From IMG/VR virus record IMGVR_UViG_3300020172_006270, positions 62,001-126,000 of that record: a stretch of 64,000 nucleotides of DNA, one strand, 5' to 3'. The position numbers were made by a program, and so were the translations under genes. A model generated the notes under the pieces. The model was not told the origin of the DNA. It did no database searches and was given only the letters and a program-made list of their open reading frames with translations. Positions 35,936-46,023 of the stretch are shown here, one piece after another. Within the stretch, counting starts at the first letter, position 1, and each line of letters opens with the position of its first letter.

Positions 35936-36505
35936 ATGCAAAATGATTTCGAGGATATGGATGATTTCGTCACCGATGACATCCTCAGCAAGAAGAAGGC
36001 CAAAAAAGTAGATGGCAAAAAGAAAGGCAATCGCACAGAGCTTGATCTCACGAAAGTTCTAAACACCAGATTTGGTGAGGGCTTTAGTCGTTCTGTTGGC
36101 TCCGGCAACCGCTGGGGTCAGGTCAATCATCTGCCCAAACACGCCAGGGAAGTCTTCTCTGGTGATCTAATCGTTCCCCAGGGCTTCCGCTTCGTCATAG
36201 AGAGCAAAGGCGGCTACGATGCCATCGACATGAGTTCTGTCTTCGTGCGTGGCAACAGCGAGCTAGATGGCTTTTTGGATCAAGTCACCAAAGACAGCAA
36301 ACGATGCGGACGCAAGCCGATGTTGTGTTGGAAGAAGACTCGCAAGCCGTGGTTGGCTTTTGTGCATACCAAAGATTTGGTCGGTCGCACATTCAAATAC
36401 AAACTTCAATACGGAAAATGGTCAGTTGTTGCCCTAGAGCATCTACTCAAACTTGAGGATGACTTCTTTATTGAACCTGGAATATCACCAGAAGTAAAAG
36501 AATAA
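35936..36505 (+). CDS. PD-(D/E)XK nuclease, Holliday-junction-resolvase-like
   Basis: KGNRTE, SG, GDL, IESK. Confidence 0.75.
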   Translation: MQNDFEDMDDFVTDDILSKKKAKKVDGKKKGNRTELDLTKVLNTRFGEGFSRSVGSGNRWGQVNHLPKHAREVFSGDLIVPQGFRFVIESKGGYDAIDMSSVFVRGNSELDGFLDQVTKDSKRCGRKPMLCWKKTRKPWLAFVHTKDLVGRTFKYKLQYGKWSVVALEHLLKLEDDFFIEPGISPEVKE

Positions 36506-36507
36506 AC

Positions 36508-36538
36508 AAAAAGCACCGAAGACCTCGGTGCTTTTTTC
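36508..36538. terminator. bidirectional terminator
   Basis: AAAAGCACCGA-AGACC-TCGGTGCTTTTTT between convergent genes. Confidence 0.75.
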
Positions 36539-36588
36539 TTTTTGATATACTCTTGAGATGTTCCCACCTTTTAGTGGAACATCTTTAC

Positions 36589-37092
36589 TCAAGAGACTGG
36601 TCGATCCGAATCTGCTTTCGGAAGATCATCCGGGGTCCAGTTGTTAAGAAGATTGTCCGGGACGGTCCATCCTTCATCCCAGGCAAATACATCTTCTTTC
36701 AACGGCCTGAGAGAATTGAGTGTTCTTCCCTCCATATAAGCCTTTGCAGCACAGACCGTTCGTTGATATACCGAAACGGTTTCATGTCCTGGCTTTTGCA
36801 AAAACTTCCATAGTAGAAATGCAGGATCGTTTTGGCCTTCAAAAAAGCCATTACGCAAAGCCTTACAAAACTCCGACACACGACTGTCGTTGTACTTGAT
36901 AAGACACTTGACGACAACGGCAGGCACCGCAGCACTACTTCGAGGAAGATTGTCAATAGCCCAGGAAATATGCTTCTCGTGCCGCAACTGAAAGTTCTCT
37001 TTCTGCTTATCCGTAGCAACAAGCCGTCCCGGACGACCGGCTTTCATCATTTGGCTCGCCACTTGTTCGACTAGCGCTGGTTTCGACGGCAT
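36589..37092 (-). CDS. hypothetical protein, paralogue of the C-terminal half of 44560..45783
   Basis: shared WxxxNLP, DPA..L, EDxFxWxEGW motifs. Confidence 0.75.
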   Translation of the reverse strand: MPSKPALVEQVASQMMKAGRPGRLVATDKQKENFQLRHEKHISWAIDNLPRSSAAVPAVVVKCLIKYNDSRVSEFCKALRNGFFEGQNDPAFLLWKFLQKPGHETVSVYQRTVCAAKAYMEGRTLNSLRPLKEDVFAWDEGWTVPDNLLNNWTPDDLPKADSDRPVS

Positions 37093-37158
37093 AGTAAACC
37101 TCCCTTCTGGCTGGTTTGTTGGGGAGCGACCCTCATGCGATCATGAGGGTCGCTCTTT

Positions 37159-37647
37159 TTATTGACCATCATGGAACTCCTTGGGAATAAACTCACGTTC
37201 CCATTGAAGCAATTGCGATTTTAAGTTTGGGTCTTTGACGTGATCCCACGACAGATTCAAATAGTCAGTGAAATTATTGAACTTGTTAGGTTCACCTTTC
37301 CATTTGTCGCTGATTCCATCATCCCCAATAGTTCCATTGAATCGAACAGCAACCTCATTGAGAATTGTCGCATCAATCCACCATGCGAATTGTGAACCGC
37401 CGCCGTGTCTCATTTCAAAGTGACGGCCAGTCTCAAGCCAACAAACCCTGGTTGCCCATTCTTGGCCTTCTGACTGATAGCTCAGAAGCCAAGTGTGTGG
37501 CCCCCAACCAGGGCTTTCCGGTGTAGACAAATGATATTCAATCTGAAGGTTTCCCTTGAAGAGAGAAGCATTCAGTTCATCCAACATGGCCGTGATTTGC
37601 TCAGGCTTCATTGGCTTTCGAGTTTTTGTCCAACCGTGGTTAGCCAT
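37159..37647 (-). CDS. hypothetical protein
   Basis: 162-aa ORF followed by an inverted repeat at about 37124-37155. Confidence 0.7.
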   Translation of the reverse strand: MANHGWTKTRKPMKPEQITAMLDELNASLFKGNLQIEYHLSTPESPGWGPHTWLLSYQSEGQEWATRVCWLETGRHFEMRHGGGSQFAWWIDATILNEVAVRFNGTIGDDGISDKWKGEPNKFNNFTDYLNLSWDHVKDPNLKSQLLQWEREFIPKEFHDGQ

Positions 37648-38074
37648 TTCTCAATATCCCATCTTCATCGGGACCGAATACAGTTTTGGAACCAAACATT
37701 TCGGCCACGGCATTTACAGTAGTTTTGTTGATGTTTTCCAGCTTTTTTCCGACCTGTCTTGTCTCCAGGGCATCTACTGCCCAAGGAGAATCAGGAAGTG
37801 GTTGCATTCCTTTGTTAATATCTGCCAATAACATATCGGAAGTCATTGGCGATAAAAACAATGCCGTTTTGCCCTGTGCGGTAATGATGTTGTGCATGTC
37901 ACGCTGCATCATCATTACATCGAACGGCAGGCGTGTAAGAGCCTCACGGAATGGAATCTCGACGATTACTCCGTCGATGCAAAACACCGTCACCTGAGCG
38001 TCATCTGGAGCCTCAGCTAAGATTGATTCGATCTCTTTCGGCGTCAAAGGTCGCTCAGTTGTTGACGGCATCAC
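37640..38074 (-). CDS. hypothetical protein
   Basis: coupled ORF. Confidence 0.7.
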   Translation of the reverse strand: MMPSTTERPLTPKEIESILAEAPDDAQVTVFCIDGVIVEIPFREALTRLPFDVMMMQRDMHNIITAQGKTALFLSPMTSDMLLADINKGMQPLPDSPWAVDALETRQVGKKLENINKTTVNAVAEMFGSKTVFGPDEDGILRNG

Positions 38075-38622
38075 ACTTCCTCGAAATACAGGTTGATTTT
38101 GGAAAGATGCAACCGATAAAAAGCACGAGGGTCAAGCCAATCTCGTTCACGTCCATCGTCGGGCTTCAACCCAACAACATCGTAAACTTCCGGTTCTGGT
38201 TCTGCTCGTTCATCGGCCCGTCCTGATCGACTGATGCGAACATTGCTGCCAGCCATTTGAGCGAACATTTGCTCCAAGGCTTGGAACATCTTTTCATCTT
38301 GTCGCTCATGTTCGGCTCTTTCGTGAATGGCTCGGCCACGGTGTTCGATGAACAATGAACCTTCGCCTAAGACAACGACTTCGCCTTTGTCTGGTGTGGA
38401 TGGCTTAAAGCCACGAGCGAGATCGCCCATGTGTGGAGAACGAACAGGAATCAGGACTTCGGCGACGAGTCGGCCCTGCTTGCCCTCCAGAACGTCTAAG
38501 GCTGGGTCCAGGAGAACATCCTTGTCCTTGTCGTCATTAAGACGAACCGATCCGTAGCGGTCGCTACGTCGCTCTACAGCGTCCCAGGTGAAGTAACCAG
38601 TTGCCAGCAGTGTACGGTTCAT
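38071..38622 (-). CDS. hypothetical protein
   Basis: ERRSDRYG, SPHMGDLARG, WLDPRAFYRLH. Confidence 0.7.
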   Translation of the reverse strand: MNRTLLATGYFTWDAVERRSDRYGSVRLNDDKDKDVLLDPALDVLEGKQGRLVAEVLIPVRSPHMGDLARGFKPSTPDKGEVVVLGEGSLFIEHRGRAIHERAEHERQDEKMFQALEQMFAQMAGSNVRISRSGRADERAEPEPEVYDVVGLKPDDGRERDWLDPRAFYRLHLSKINLYFEEV

Positions 38623-39798
38623 CTAAATACTCCAAAGAAGTTCTTTTCCGGCCTGCGTGGAAAGCAATTCCGGGTTCGGGATAATACCAACTCTCGTCAG
38701 GTCCAAACGATCTGCATCCCAGCAAACCCCAATAGTAGGGTCGTCAGTGATCTGTCCATCGTTGTGAAACTTGCAGGCTTCCATCAACACAGCGAGTTGG
38801 CTTTCAGTAATATCCAACTTTCCCTGTTTGAAAAGTTCTTCGGCGTATACCGCTGAACGATGACCATGTTCCGGGTCTTCATCTTCGTTTTGTCGTTTTG
38901 TATCGTGGATCAAAGCAAACAACTGTGCCACCAGTTTGTCGGCACCAGGAGTTTTCTTCGCTAGGATCAAAGCGTTCTTTTCAACCTTCTCCCAATGCCA
39001 CGGTCCATGAACCGACATATGCCCATTACGTCGGCCTAGACCCAAGGAAAAAGTGTTCTCGAATTCTTCCTTGGCAGCTTCAAGCCAACGTGGTCGCTTC
39101 ATGGTCTTGCGTACCGTTTCAATTTTCAGGTGTTTGGGCGAGGCGACAATCTCAAATTCGTTACGGCCCAACAGTGCGGCAACGACGTGTTCCTTTTTGA
39201 TTTTTGCTTTTACGACGCCTTGGCCTTTTTGATCGAAGCGTTTAGCAAACCACTTGGCTCGCCAATAGCTTAATGTCCAAGAATATCCAAGGCGATTTTT
39301 AGTTTGATGCCCACGATAGATTGTGAATTCGTCCGGCAGCTTTGCCAAGAACTCTTTCTCGTGTTCATCCATCATGGCTTCACGGCCAGGACGATCCTTG
39401 TTGATAAACCAGCCCAGGATCGAGCCGTACTGCCATAGGTTTTCACTATCTGACCAAATGCTTCCTAGCAGTTCCCAATATTCTTGGTCTGATAGTTCGC
39501 CTTCAATCTCCGAGAACTTTTCCAGTCGATAAGGACGCTCGTGAATCCAAATATAACTGGACCAGTTCTTTTGTGTTTTTGCCCGTTCAATATATTCGAG
39601 TTTGGCTTTATATTGAGCGTTGTACATGGCGTTCATACCTTCGTGGTAGAACAAGCCAATGATTAGTGGGTGCTTGAGACATTGCCCAAAGGAAGTGTTT
39701 TCAATCCAAGGCACGAGATCAGGGTGGAGGTCTTCCTTCCGAGTCATCATGTCTACGAAGTCGGGCGGCAAAGTCCCAATTTGTTTTTCATCGTCCAC
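38623..39798 (-). CDS. ADP-ribosyltransferase-like domain fused to an HD-domain phosphohydrolase
   Basis: IYRG..SWT..NEFE; HGPWH..IHD..HG..CWDADRLDL. Confidence 0.72.
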   Translation of the reverse strand: MDDEKQIGTLPPDFVDMMTRKEDLHPDLVPWIENTSFGQCLKHPLIIGLFYHEGMNAMYNAQYKAKLEYIERAKTQKNWSSYIWIHERPYRLEKFSEIEGELSDQEYWELLGSIWSDSENLWQYGSILGWFINKDRPGREAMMDEHEKEFLAKLPDEFTIYRGHQTKNRLGYSWTLSYWRAKWFAKRFDQKGQGVVKAKIKKEHVVAALLGRNEFEIVASPKHLKIETVRKTMKRPRWLEAAKEEFENTFSLGLGRRNGHMSVHGPWHWEKVEKNALILAKKTPGADKLVAQLFALIHDTKRQNEDEDPEHGHRSAVYAEELFKQGKLDITESQLAVLMEACKFHNDGQITDDPTIGVCWDADRLDLTRVGIIPNPELLSTQAGKELLWSI

Positions 39799-39840
39799 AG
39801 ATCACCTTTGCCTATGCAAATACAAAAATCTCCGTGGTAG

Positions 39841-39869
39841 ATTGTACCACGGAGATTTCTAGTTGTACA
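39841..39869 (-). promoter_or_regulatory. sigma70-type phage promoter inside an inverted repeat
   Basis: TGTACA-17nt-TACAAT with CGTGG. Confidence 0.65.
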
Positions 39870-39876
39870 GCAAAAA

Positions 39877-41295
39877 TTAAACCGTCTTGAATTCATCAGG
39901 CGGTGCAATCAGCGAGAACTTTTGCCCATCGTCAGTCAGGGCGTCGATCTGGATCATATTCGATCCAAGATCGACTACCTTTACTATTTTGCCTTGAGTT
40001 CCAGGACCAACAGGACATTCTTCTGCTTGAACAATCTCAATCCTTTGCCCTGCTTTCAATCCTGGTTCTGGCGGCGGCAATTGCGTCGGTGTATTGGCTA
40101 ACATTTCTGGTGGCGGCGCTGGTTGAGGATTCGCCCGACCTGGATGGATCGTATAAGTAACGCTGGCGTCCTTAATATCCCCCAGAAAGTATTTGGCTCG
40201 AATCAATACCGGCTTACGGAAGATCATCCGTCGTTCACGGCGACCAATGCCACAAGGTTGCATTGCAAAATGCCCACGTCGCCAGTGAGATCGAGGCGAC
40301 TTATGCAGCTTTTCAATATCGACGCCTTGTGCCACTTCGATTTGTTCTTCAACCTCATCATAGAATTCAACCTTCTGGTCAAATTGAATGAGTTGCATAG
40401 CAGCAGCCAGTTTTTGCTGTGCTTCTACTGCCCTATTGGTTGGAACACCGCCACGTCGAACCGCTCTTGCTTCTTGTTGCCAAATCTTGTAGTTTTTAGC
40501 ATCCAAGGGTCCGGCCACTTTTACAGTGTATAGCGACATCATCATGGCGAAGTTAATGCCAAGTCGCTGCACGTTCTCAGCAGCATCGAATTCACCTTCG
40601 GTACTGCCTTGAATGGCTGGATTGCCGGGCATCAAAAATCGTCCAGCCTCAACTTCTTGTACGTCGTCTTGGCGGCGATCACGGTTCCGAACTAGGCTTT
40701 CTTCAATCGTTGCATATTCAGCCCGGTCAGGCGTAATATGCGTGATGATATTTCCTTTGTTATAAAAGGCACTTACGGTAATGAATCTGTTCTTGTCATC
40801 GTGATTGACTAGAACATATCGAGGCGATTCATCAATGCCGTATTTTTGTTGAAGCTGCTGCCGATATTCCTCCGGTATTTCCAGAGTGATGACCGGGAAC
40901 GGCTGTTTGTAATCCTTAAAGGCATACCGTGCTTCAGCGTGTTGCAACGCTTCGCACTGAAGCGGCGTAGGACGAAAAATCTTCGGCCCGCCCGCCAATG
41001 CTTTGGCGAGCGTGTTGTACCAAAGAGTTCCCACTACATCGAACTCAAGGACGTTCATGATCTCCCGCAACACCTTCCACATATCTGCGGGGTAGCGGTT
41101 GAATTCTTTTTCACCCACAGTAATTGGAGACTCAGGCCCAGGAGCAGGAAATTGCTTGGGCTTGAGTACCAATTTGCGTGGCTTGGCGCTGATGGCTCGT
41201 TGGGCTGGAATGTCTTGGTAGAGCATCCAGTCTTTACGACCCAACCATGTGAGCGCCGTCATATGCTCACGATGGTCGAATACTGTGAAGTCCAT
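39877..41295 (-). CDS. hypothetical protein (SPRSHWRRGH motif, C-terminal DUF4314-like domain)
   Basis: motifs recognised by eye. Confidence 0.75.
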   Translation of the reverse strand: MDFTVFDHREHMTALTWLGRKDWMLYQDIPAQRAISAKPRKLVLKPKQFPAPGPESPITVGEKEFNRYPADMWKVLREIMNVLEFDVVGTLWYNTLAKALAGGPKIFRPTPLQCEALQHAEARYAFKDYKQPFPVITLEIPEEYRQQLQQKYGIDESPRYVLVNHDDKNRFITVSAFYNKGNIITHITPDRAEYATIEESLVRNRDRRQDDVQEVEAGRFLMPGNPAIQGSTEGEFDAAENVQRLGINFAMMMSLYTVKVAGPLDAKNYKIWQQEARAVRRGGVPTNRAVEAQQKLAAAMQLIQFDQKVEFYDEVEEQIEVAQGVDIEKLHKSPRSHWRRGHFAMQPCGIGRRERRMIFRKPVLIRAKYFLGDIKDASVTYTIHPGRANPQPAPPPEMLANTPTQLPPPEPGLKAGQRIEIVQAEECPVGPGTQGKIVKVVDLGSNMIQIDALTDDGQKFSLIAPPDEFKTV

Positions 41296-41304
41296 TGTTG
41301 CCCT

Positions 41305-42747
41305 CTATTCAAAGTCACCCAGGTTATAGAAGTTACATGCCCGGTCGATGTAACTTTTCACACCACCCTCAGTGATAAACCAATACCAGTTATCCGGCTT
41401 ATCGGGCTTGATGGCATTGCCATATCCGTCAGTGATAACGAATACAGCTTCGGGATACTTCGTAATCATCGGCACTTCTTTGCCATCAAGGGTTTTCTTG
41501 GTGCCGCCGCCTTTGCGGAGTTCGTTCTGAATTTCGGATTCGAGAATATCGAATGCCGTTCCACCACCACCGTATACCTTTCGGCTTTCGAGGGTGGTTT
41601 CTTCGACCTTCGTATCGAAGCAGAAAAGACGGACGTTGAACCGTTCCGTAGGCAGGCTAAGTGCCGCCTCGAAGAAGCGATCCTTCAATCCCCAACACGA
41701 TCCTGACGTGTCGAGATAGAACCATACGTCTATCTTCGTCTTTTCCTTTTCGTTATCTTCGACTTCCATTTCAGTTGGCAGGAACATATTCCTCGGCAGC
41801 ATAGCCATGCGCCGCTGAAGTCTGGCCCACTGTTCAACGTCTTTGTCTTTGTCAATCAGGTACTTCCTGCTCCATTTCTTGATGACGGTTTCCCACTTGG
41901 CCTTTTTCTTTACCTTTCCGACGTTGGAAAATACCCACTGACCGCCCGTGCCGACGCCTGCGGGTTGGTTTTTCTTGGACTTCGGTTCCGACTTCTGAAA
42001 GTGCTTGTTGACGGTAGCCTTGAGAGATTCCTTCTCTTCTTCCGACATGCCTTCGTTCAGTTGGTCGATAACCTTGTCCCAATTGTCGGAACCTTCGCCC
42101 ATCATTTCGTGGTCATCAACAAGACCTGGGCCACCACCTTCTCCGTCGCCCATGCCGCCGTCGCCATAGACCTTATCGAAGAGGTTGTAGTAATACTCGT
42201 ACATTTCGTTTTCAGGCGGCAACGGTTTCTTGTCTTTGAATACCGTATCCACCCAACAATAATCTTGCCACCCTTCGATATTGTTCCGGTCAAATCCGAA
42301 GTTGTTGGCGAGGGTGTGATTCACTACAACGTCGAGAGCGACATTGGTGGCCCGACGATTCGAGCCGCAATCTCTTGTGCGAAGTCCGTGGTTCAAGACA
42401 ATGTGCAATGCTTCGTGACAGATCACGAATAGTTTGTCTTTGAACTGGAGTCGCTTCCAGAAATGGGGATTGAAATGGAACCAAATGAAGTTTCCATTTT
42501 CATCGAACTGCACAGCAGCAGTTTCGATTTCATCGTTGAAAATCGGCTTTCCCATCTGCCACACTTTGTAGAAGACAGCGTGGTGAGGTTCGAGCGCCCG
42601 GCTGATCTCAAACCATTCTTCGTTTGAGATTTTTACTTTGTACTTATTGGACGAAGCAACATCCAACGTGCCGTCTGCGGCTACGCTAGGAACATTGTCC
42701 AATTCGCCTTCGGCGTCGTCGTTTGCTTCGATATGGATCATGCTCAT
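41305..42747 (-). CDS. HEXXH metallopeptidase-like plus VWA domain protein (DUF2201-type)
   Basis: CHEALH, NVALD, LDTSGS, GGGGT, ITDG. Confidence 0.88.
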   Translation of the reverse strand: MSMIHIEANDDAEGELDNVPSVAADGTLDVASSNKYKVKISNEEWFEISRALEPHHAVFYKVWQMGKPIFNDEIETAAVQFDENGNFIWFHFNPHFWKRLQFKDKLFVICHEALHIVLNHGLRTRDCGSNRRATNVALDVVVNHTLANNFGFDRNNIEGWQDYCWVDTVFKDKKPLPPENEMYEYYYNLFDKVYGDGGMGDGEGGGPGLVDDHEMMGEGSDNWDKVIDQLNEGMSEEEKESLKATVNKHFQKSEPKSKKNQPAGVGTGGQWVFSNVGKVKKKAKWETVIKKWSRKYLIDKDKDVEQWARLQRRMAMLPRNMFLPTEMEVEDNEKEKTKIDVWFYLDTSGSCWGLKDRFFEAALSLPTERFNVRLFCFDTKVEETTLESRKVYGGGGTAFDILESEIQNELRKGGGTKKTLDGKEVPMITKYPEAVFVITDGYGNAIKPDKPDNWYWFITEGGVKSYIDRACNFYNLGDFE

Positions 42748-42793
42748 GTGTGTATCCTAAAAAAACAGGAGGCTGGGTTGTCCCAGCCTCCCG

Positions 42794-42822
42794 ATTATAC
42801 CACGATTTGTGCCGCTTGTATA
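42794..42822 (-). promoter_or_regulatory. sigma70-type phage promoter
   Basis: TATACA-17nt-TATAAT with CGTGG. Confidence 0.7.
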
Positions 42823-42826
42823 TCGT

Positions 42827-44428
42827 TTATGGCGTATACAACCGGGAAGACAACCCGCCGATTTTGATCTTCTCCAGCAACGTCTTGAAGTGAACGCCAT
42901 GCTTGCTGAGAATCGTAGTCCAGTCCGATCCGGTATTCCGGTGGATTTCTGCGATGCAGTGGTTCACAACTCCCATCAGCTTTTCAAAAGGCTTGGCAGT
43001 GATGCTAGAGGCAAACTGGTTGCCGCTAAACACTACGTTGAGAAGTTCCAACGTCGCCAATGCCTCATCTGCCGTTTGCTTCTCCGGTACATTGGATGCA
43101 ATCTTGTCGTAAATCTGGATGCGTTGTTGCGACGTATCCTGCGGAGCGGTCTTCAATTCGGCCAAGGTAGCACTCCAACTTTTCGACCCTACCTTGGCCT
43201 TGTTAAAATGCGATTCAGCCGGAGGCACTGAAGCATCAGATTCAGATGCGAATGCCGTTGCCAAATCCTGATTCTCCGTCAACGCCCGGCGAATCTTCTT
43301 GTTGAGACGAACATTGGTGTTGGCGTTGAGAATTTCCTTACACACCGCTTTGAACACCGGCACCTTGTCGGTATTGGCGATGATGTAATTGCACGTCTTG
43401 TCGTCGTCGTTCATCAACGCTGCCATCTTTTCCTTCGGCAGCAGCGGAATGAAGTATGCCGTCAATGTTTCCGACTTCGGGATAAACTTCATCGCCGCCG
43501 TGTAGTTGTTTTCGTTGTTGAGGAAAGTCCGTGCCTCGGCAACGTCCTTTGATTTCATCAACGCTTCCAACTTCTCGGTAATCGGTCCAGTATTCAACGC
43601 CGTAGTCAACTTGCTGACGTTGATATTGGCAGGCAGAACGTCTCTCATATCGCCACGCTCACGATATACATCGAGAGCATATTGAAGCCGACGAGGACTG
43701 ACCCGGTTCTTGTCTTCTTCGCCCAAGTCATCCCACCACTGGATTGCAGCGTCACCCACTCGCTGACCATATTCCCCACGGAACCAGTCGGCATTCGGAC
43801 GATACGGAACCTCTACGGTGACGTGGTATCGGTCGGCCTGGGCAGGGTCGAGACGTTCAACGTCGTAGGTTTCGTTTTCGTCTTCGTCCGGGTTGATTGC
43901 CGCCCATACGATACGAAGGTTTGGAAACTTCATGCCGTTGATGGATTTGAACTGAATCAGTTCCATCACAGCGTTACGAACCTTCTTCGGCGAACGATTG
44001 TATTCGTCAAAGAACAGTGCCTCTACTTCGCCAGCAGCGAAGGTTTGAGGACGAACCAGATCGAGGTAGGTCAATCCTTGCTCACGGTTCATGGCATGAT
44101 CGACCACACGTTTAGCCGAGTCCTGGCCGAGCTTCCAGTTGTTCTGGACCCACTCGTAGGCAAGAGCGAAATCAAGAGTGGCGAGTTCCTTGATGATCTC
44201 GAATTGTTCGGGAACCTTGTTATCGGTTTTTTCTCGTGGCACACCGATGAAGTCAACCCACGGGTCCATCGTGGAAGCAGAAAAGTAGCGCCAGTTCAGA
44301 CCGTGACGGTCAAATGTGTCTTTGACCATAGCTGTTTTGCCGACGCCGTGTTTTCCGATGAAAAGCACGTTCTTGTTGTGCTTCACCCAGAAGTCTAACT
44401 TCGTCGTCAATACGCTGTTGTTCGCCAT
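42827..44428 (-). CDS. MoxR-like AAA+ ATPase
   Basis: GKHGVGKT, FFDEYNR, AAINP, LDPAQADR, SPR. Confidence 0.9.
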   Translation of the reverse strand: MANNSVLTTKLDFWVKHNKNVLFIGKHGVGKTAMVKDTFDRHGLNWRYFSASTMDPWVDFIGVPREKTDNKVPEQFEIIKELATLDFALAYEWVQNNWKLGQDSAKRVVDHAMNREQGLTYLDLVRPQTFAAGEVEALFFDEYNRSPKKVRNAVMELIQFKSINGMKFPNLRIVWAAINPDEDENETYDVERLDPAQADRYHVTVEVPYRPNADWFRGEYGQRVGDAAIQWWDDLGEEDKNRVSPRRLQYALDVYRERGDMRDVLPANINVSKLTTALNTGPITEKLEALMKSKDVAEARTFLNNENNYTAAMKFIPKSETLTAYFIPLLPKEKMAALMNDDDKTCNYIIANTDKVPVFKAVCKEILNANTNVRLNKKIRRALTENQDLATAFASESDASVPPAESHFNKAKVGSKSWSATLAELKTAPQDTSQQRIQIYDKIASNVPEKQTADEALATLELLNVVFSGNQFASSITAKPFEKLMGVVNHCIAEIHRNTGSDWTTILSKHGVHFKTLLEKIKIGGLSSRLYTP

Positions 44429-44484
44429 TTTTCTTGCTCCCTTTATATTCCTGGGGATATTCGAGTGCCACGATTGATGGGAAT

Positions 44485-44513
44485 ATTCTACCACGGAAAT
44501 TCAGGAGTGTAAA
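44485..44513 (-). promoter_or_regulatory. sigma70-type phage promoter
   Basis: TTTACA-17nt-TAGAAT with CGTGG. Confidence 0.75.
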
Positions 44514-44559
44514 CCCGAAACAAAACTGGCCCGGATATTTCCGGGCCAGCCTTTGGAAT

Positions 44560-45783
44560 TTACTCGTGGTTGTTCGCCCACCACGACCCATGCGGGAGTT
44601 CCCATCCCTCTTGCCACTGGAAAATATCCTCATCCCGTTCATACAGTCGAGAAAGAGGCTTATTGGTCATTGTGGCTTCGACACTTGCCAACGTCTTCTT
44701 GTATGCGACCAGAGCGACGTTGATGCGATTGATTTTGGCTTTGGTCAGAGCCAAATACAACGCTCGTGCCGGATCGCCATCTTCCGTGAACTTCACTTCT
44801 CGAAGACGCTCGGCGAACGGTTCGATCTTCTCCGGGCCATACCAGAGGTATGCCTTTGCGACTGCCGCCTGAACTTCTGCTCGTGCGCCGGGCAGATTGG
44901 TGCTGATCCAGGCAACCAAATCCTGCCACTTGTGGGCGAATTCGGCGATCTCCGTCTCTGTATATCGAACCTTGTTCTGAAGACCTTTCATGATGGCCTT
45001 GCAGAAGCCAGTGGTTCGATTCCCTAGCTTCGTGTCGATCACGAGTCGCAACTTCTCTGCGGAGTTGCGCTTTGCCCCGGAATCGACCGTGAACTTGGCC
45101 TCTTCCAAGCAATTGAACGTGACGTAGAACGGCCACTCTTTGCCCGATTCCATCAGAGCGGTCAGGCGGTGTCGCCCGTTGTACACCACTCCATTGAAGT
45201 CGATGCCGATGGCCTCGTCTGAGGGAATCCAGCGATCCCCATCAATGTCACGCTTGTAGGCATCCTTCAGCCAGACCTTCAGCTTCCGGTTGCCTTCCGT
45301 TTCGGTCCAGATGCTTTCAAGCAAAGCCTTGGCCATATCCGTCGTGAGCATCACGAATTCAGAATACTGGCTCTCTTTGCGAACATAGCGGAACCACGGC
45401 AATTTTTCGCCGTCTTCCAATTGCTTCATGAGGTAGAAGTCACGGTTCTCGGCAGCTTCCCGAAAGATCATCTCTTTGTGTCGAGCGCTGGCAATGATGG
45501 GGTCGGGTGTGGCCACGACCGGCTTTTCGAGTGCTGGTGATGCAACGCTGGGCTTGTCACCCGGAGTCTTCGTCAGAGGGGGCGCAGGTGGTGCCTGAAC
45601 TACCTGTACAGAGGGTTTTTCGGGATGAAGGAACCTAGTTCGGGCCAGGATCAGATCAGCTACCGAAGTGCGGCCCACGTTTCCGGTTAGCTTGTTGGAC
45701 TCAGCCATTTCTCTCTCCTGATGTTCAAGTTTCTGACGTGCGATACGCTCGTTCCGTCTGCGAAGACCTCGCTTTGATGCCAT
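44560..45783 (-). CDS. ParB/Srx-like domain protein
   Basis: NRKL..YKRDI..W..NGRHRLTA..VDSGAKR; promoter TTTACA-17-TACTAT at 45824-45852. Confidence 0.7.
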   Translation of the reverse strand: MASKRGLRRRNERIARQKLEHQEREMAESNKLTGNVGRTSVADLILARTRFLHPEKPSVQVVQAPPAPPLTKTPGDKPSVASPALEKPVVATPDPIIASARHKEMIFREAAENRDFYLMKQLEDGEKLPWFRYVRKESQYSEFVMLTTDMAKALLESIWTETEGNRKLKVWLKDAYKRDIDGDRWIPSDEAIGIDFNGVVYNGRHRLTALMESGKEWPFYVTFNCLEEAKFTVDSGAKRNSAEKLRLVIDTKLGNRTTGFCKAIMKGLQNKVRYTETEIAEFAHKWQDLVAWISTNLPGARAEVQAAVAKAYLWYGPEKIEPFAERLREVKFTEDGDPARALYLALTKAKINRINVALVAYKKTLASVEATMTNKPLSRLYERDEDIFQWQEGWELPHGSWWANNHE

Positions 45784-46023
45784 TGCACCCTCCTTTCGTG
45801 AAGAAGGTCGATTGCTCCCACAGATAGTACGTCAAAAATGTTGGGTTGTAAATGCCGAAGAGAAAAATTCTTTGATGGGAGACTCTTCTCTCCCATCAAG
45901 TTTTCCAGCCTAAGTTCCTTTGGCAGCAAAGAGTTACGGAAAATTGGCGTCGAGTGATTTTACACGAAAAAAGGCTCGCCAATTGGCGAGCCTTCTGATT
46001 GAACTTCGGGAGGATTCTTCGAT

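Noticed and set aside
45881-45900. Part of the TTGATGGGAGA/TCTCCCATCAA hairpin and ORF 45687..45929
   Set aside because: An isolated hairpin with no further support; the ORF overlaps a promoter and the next gene start.
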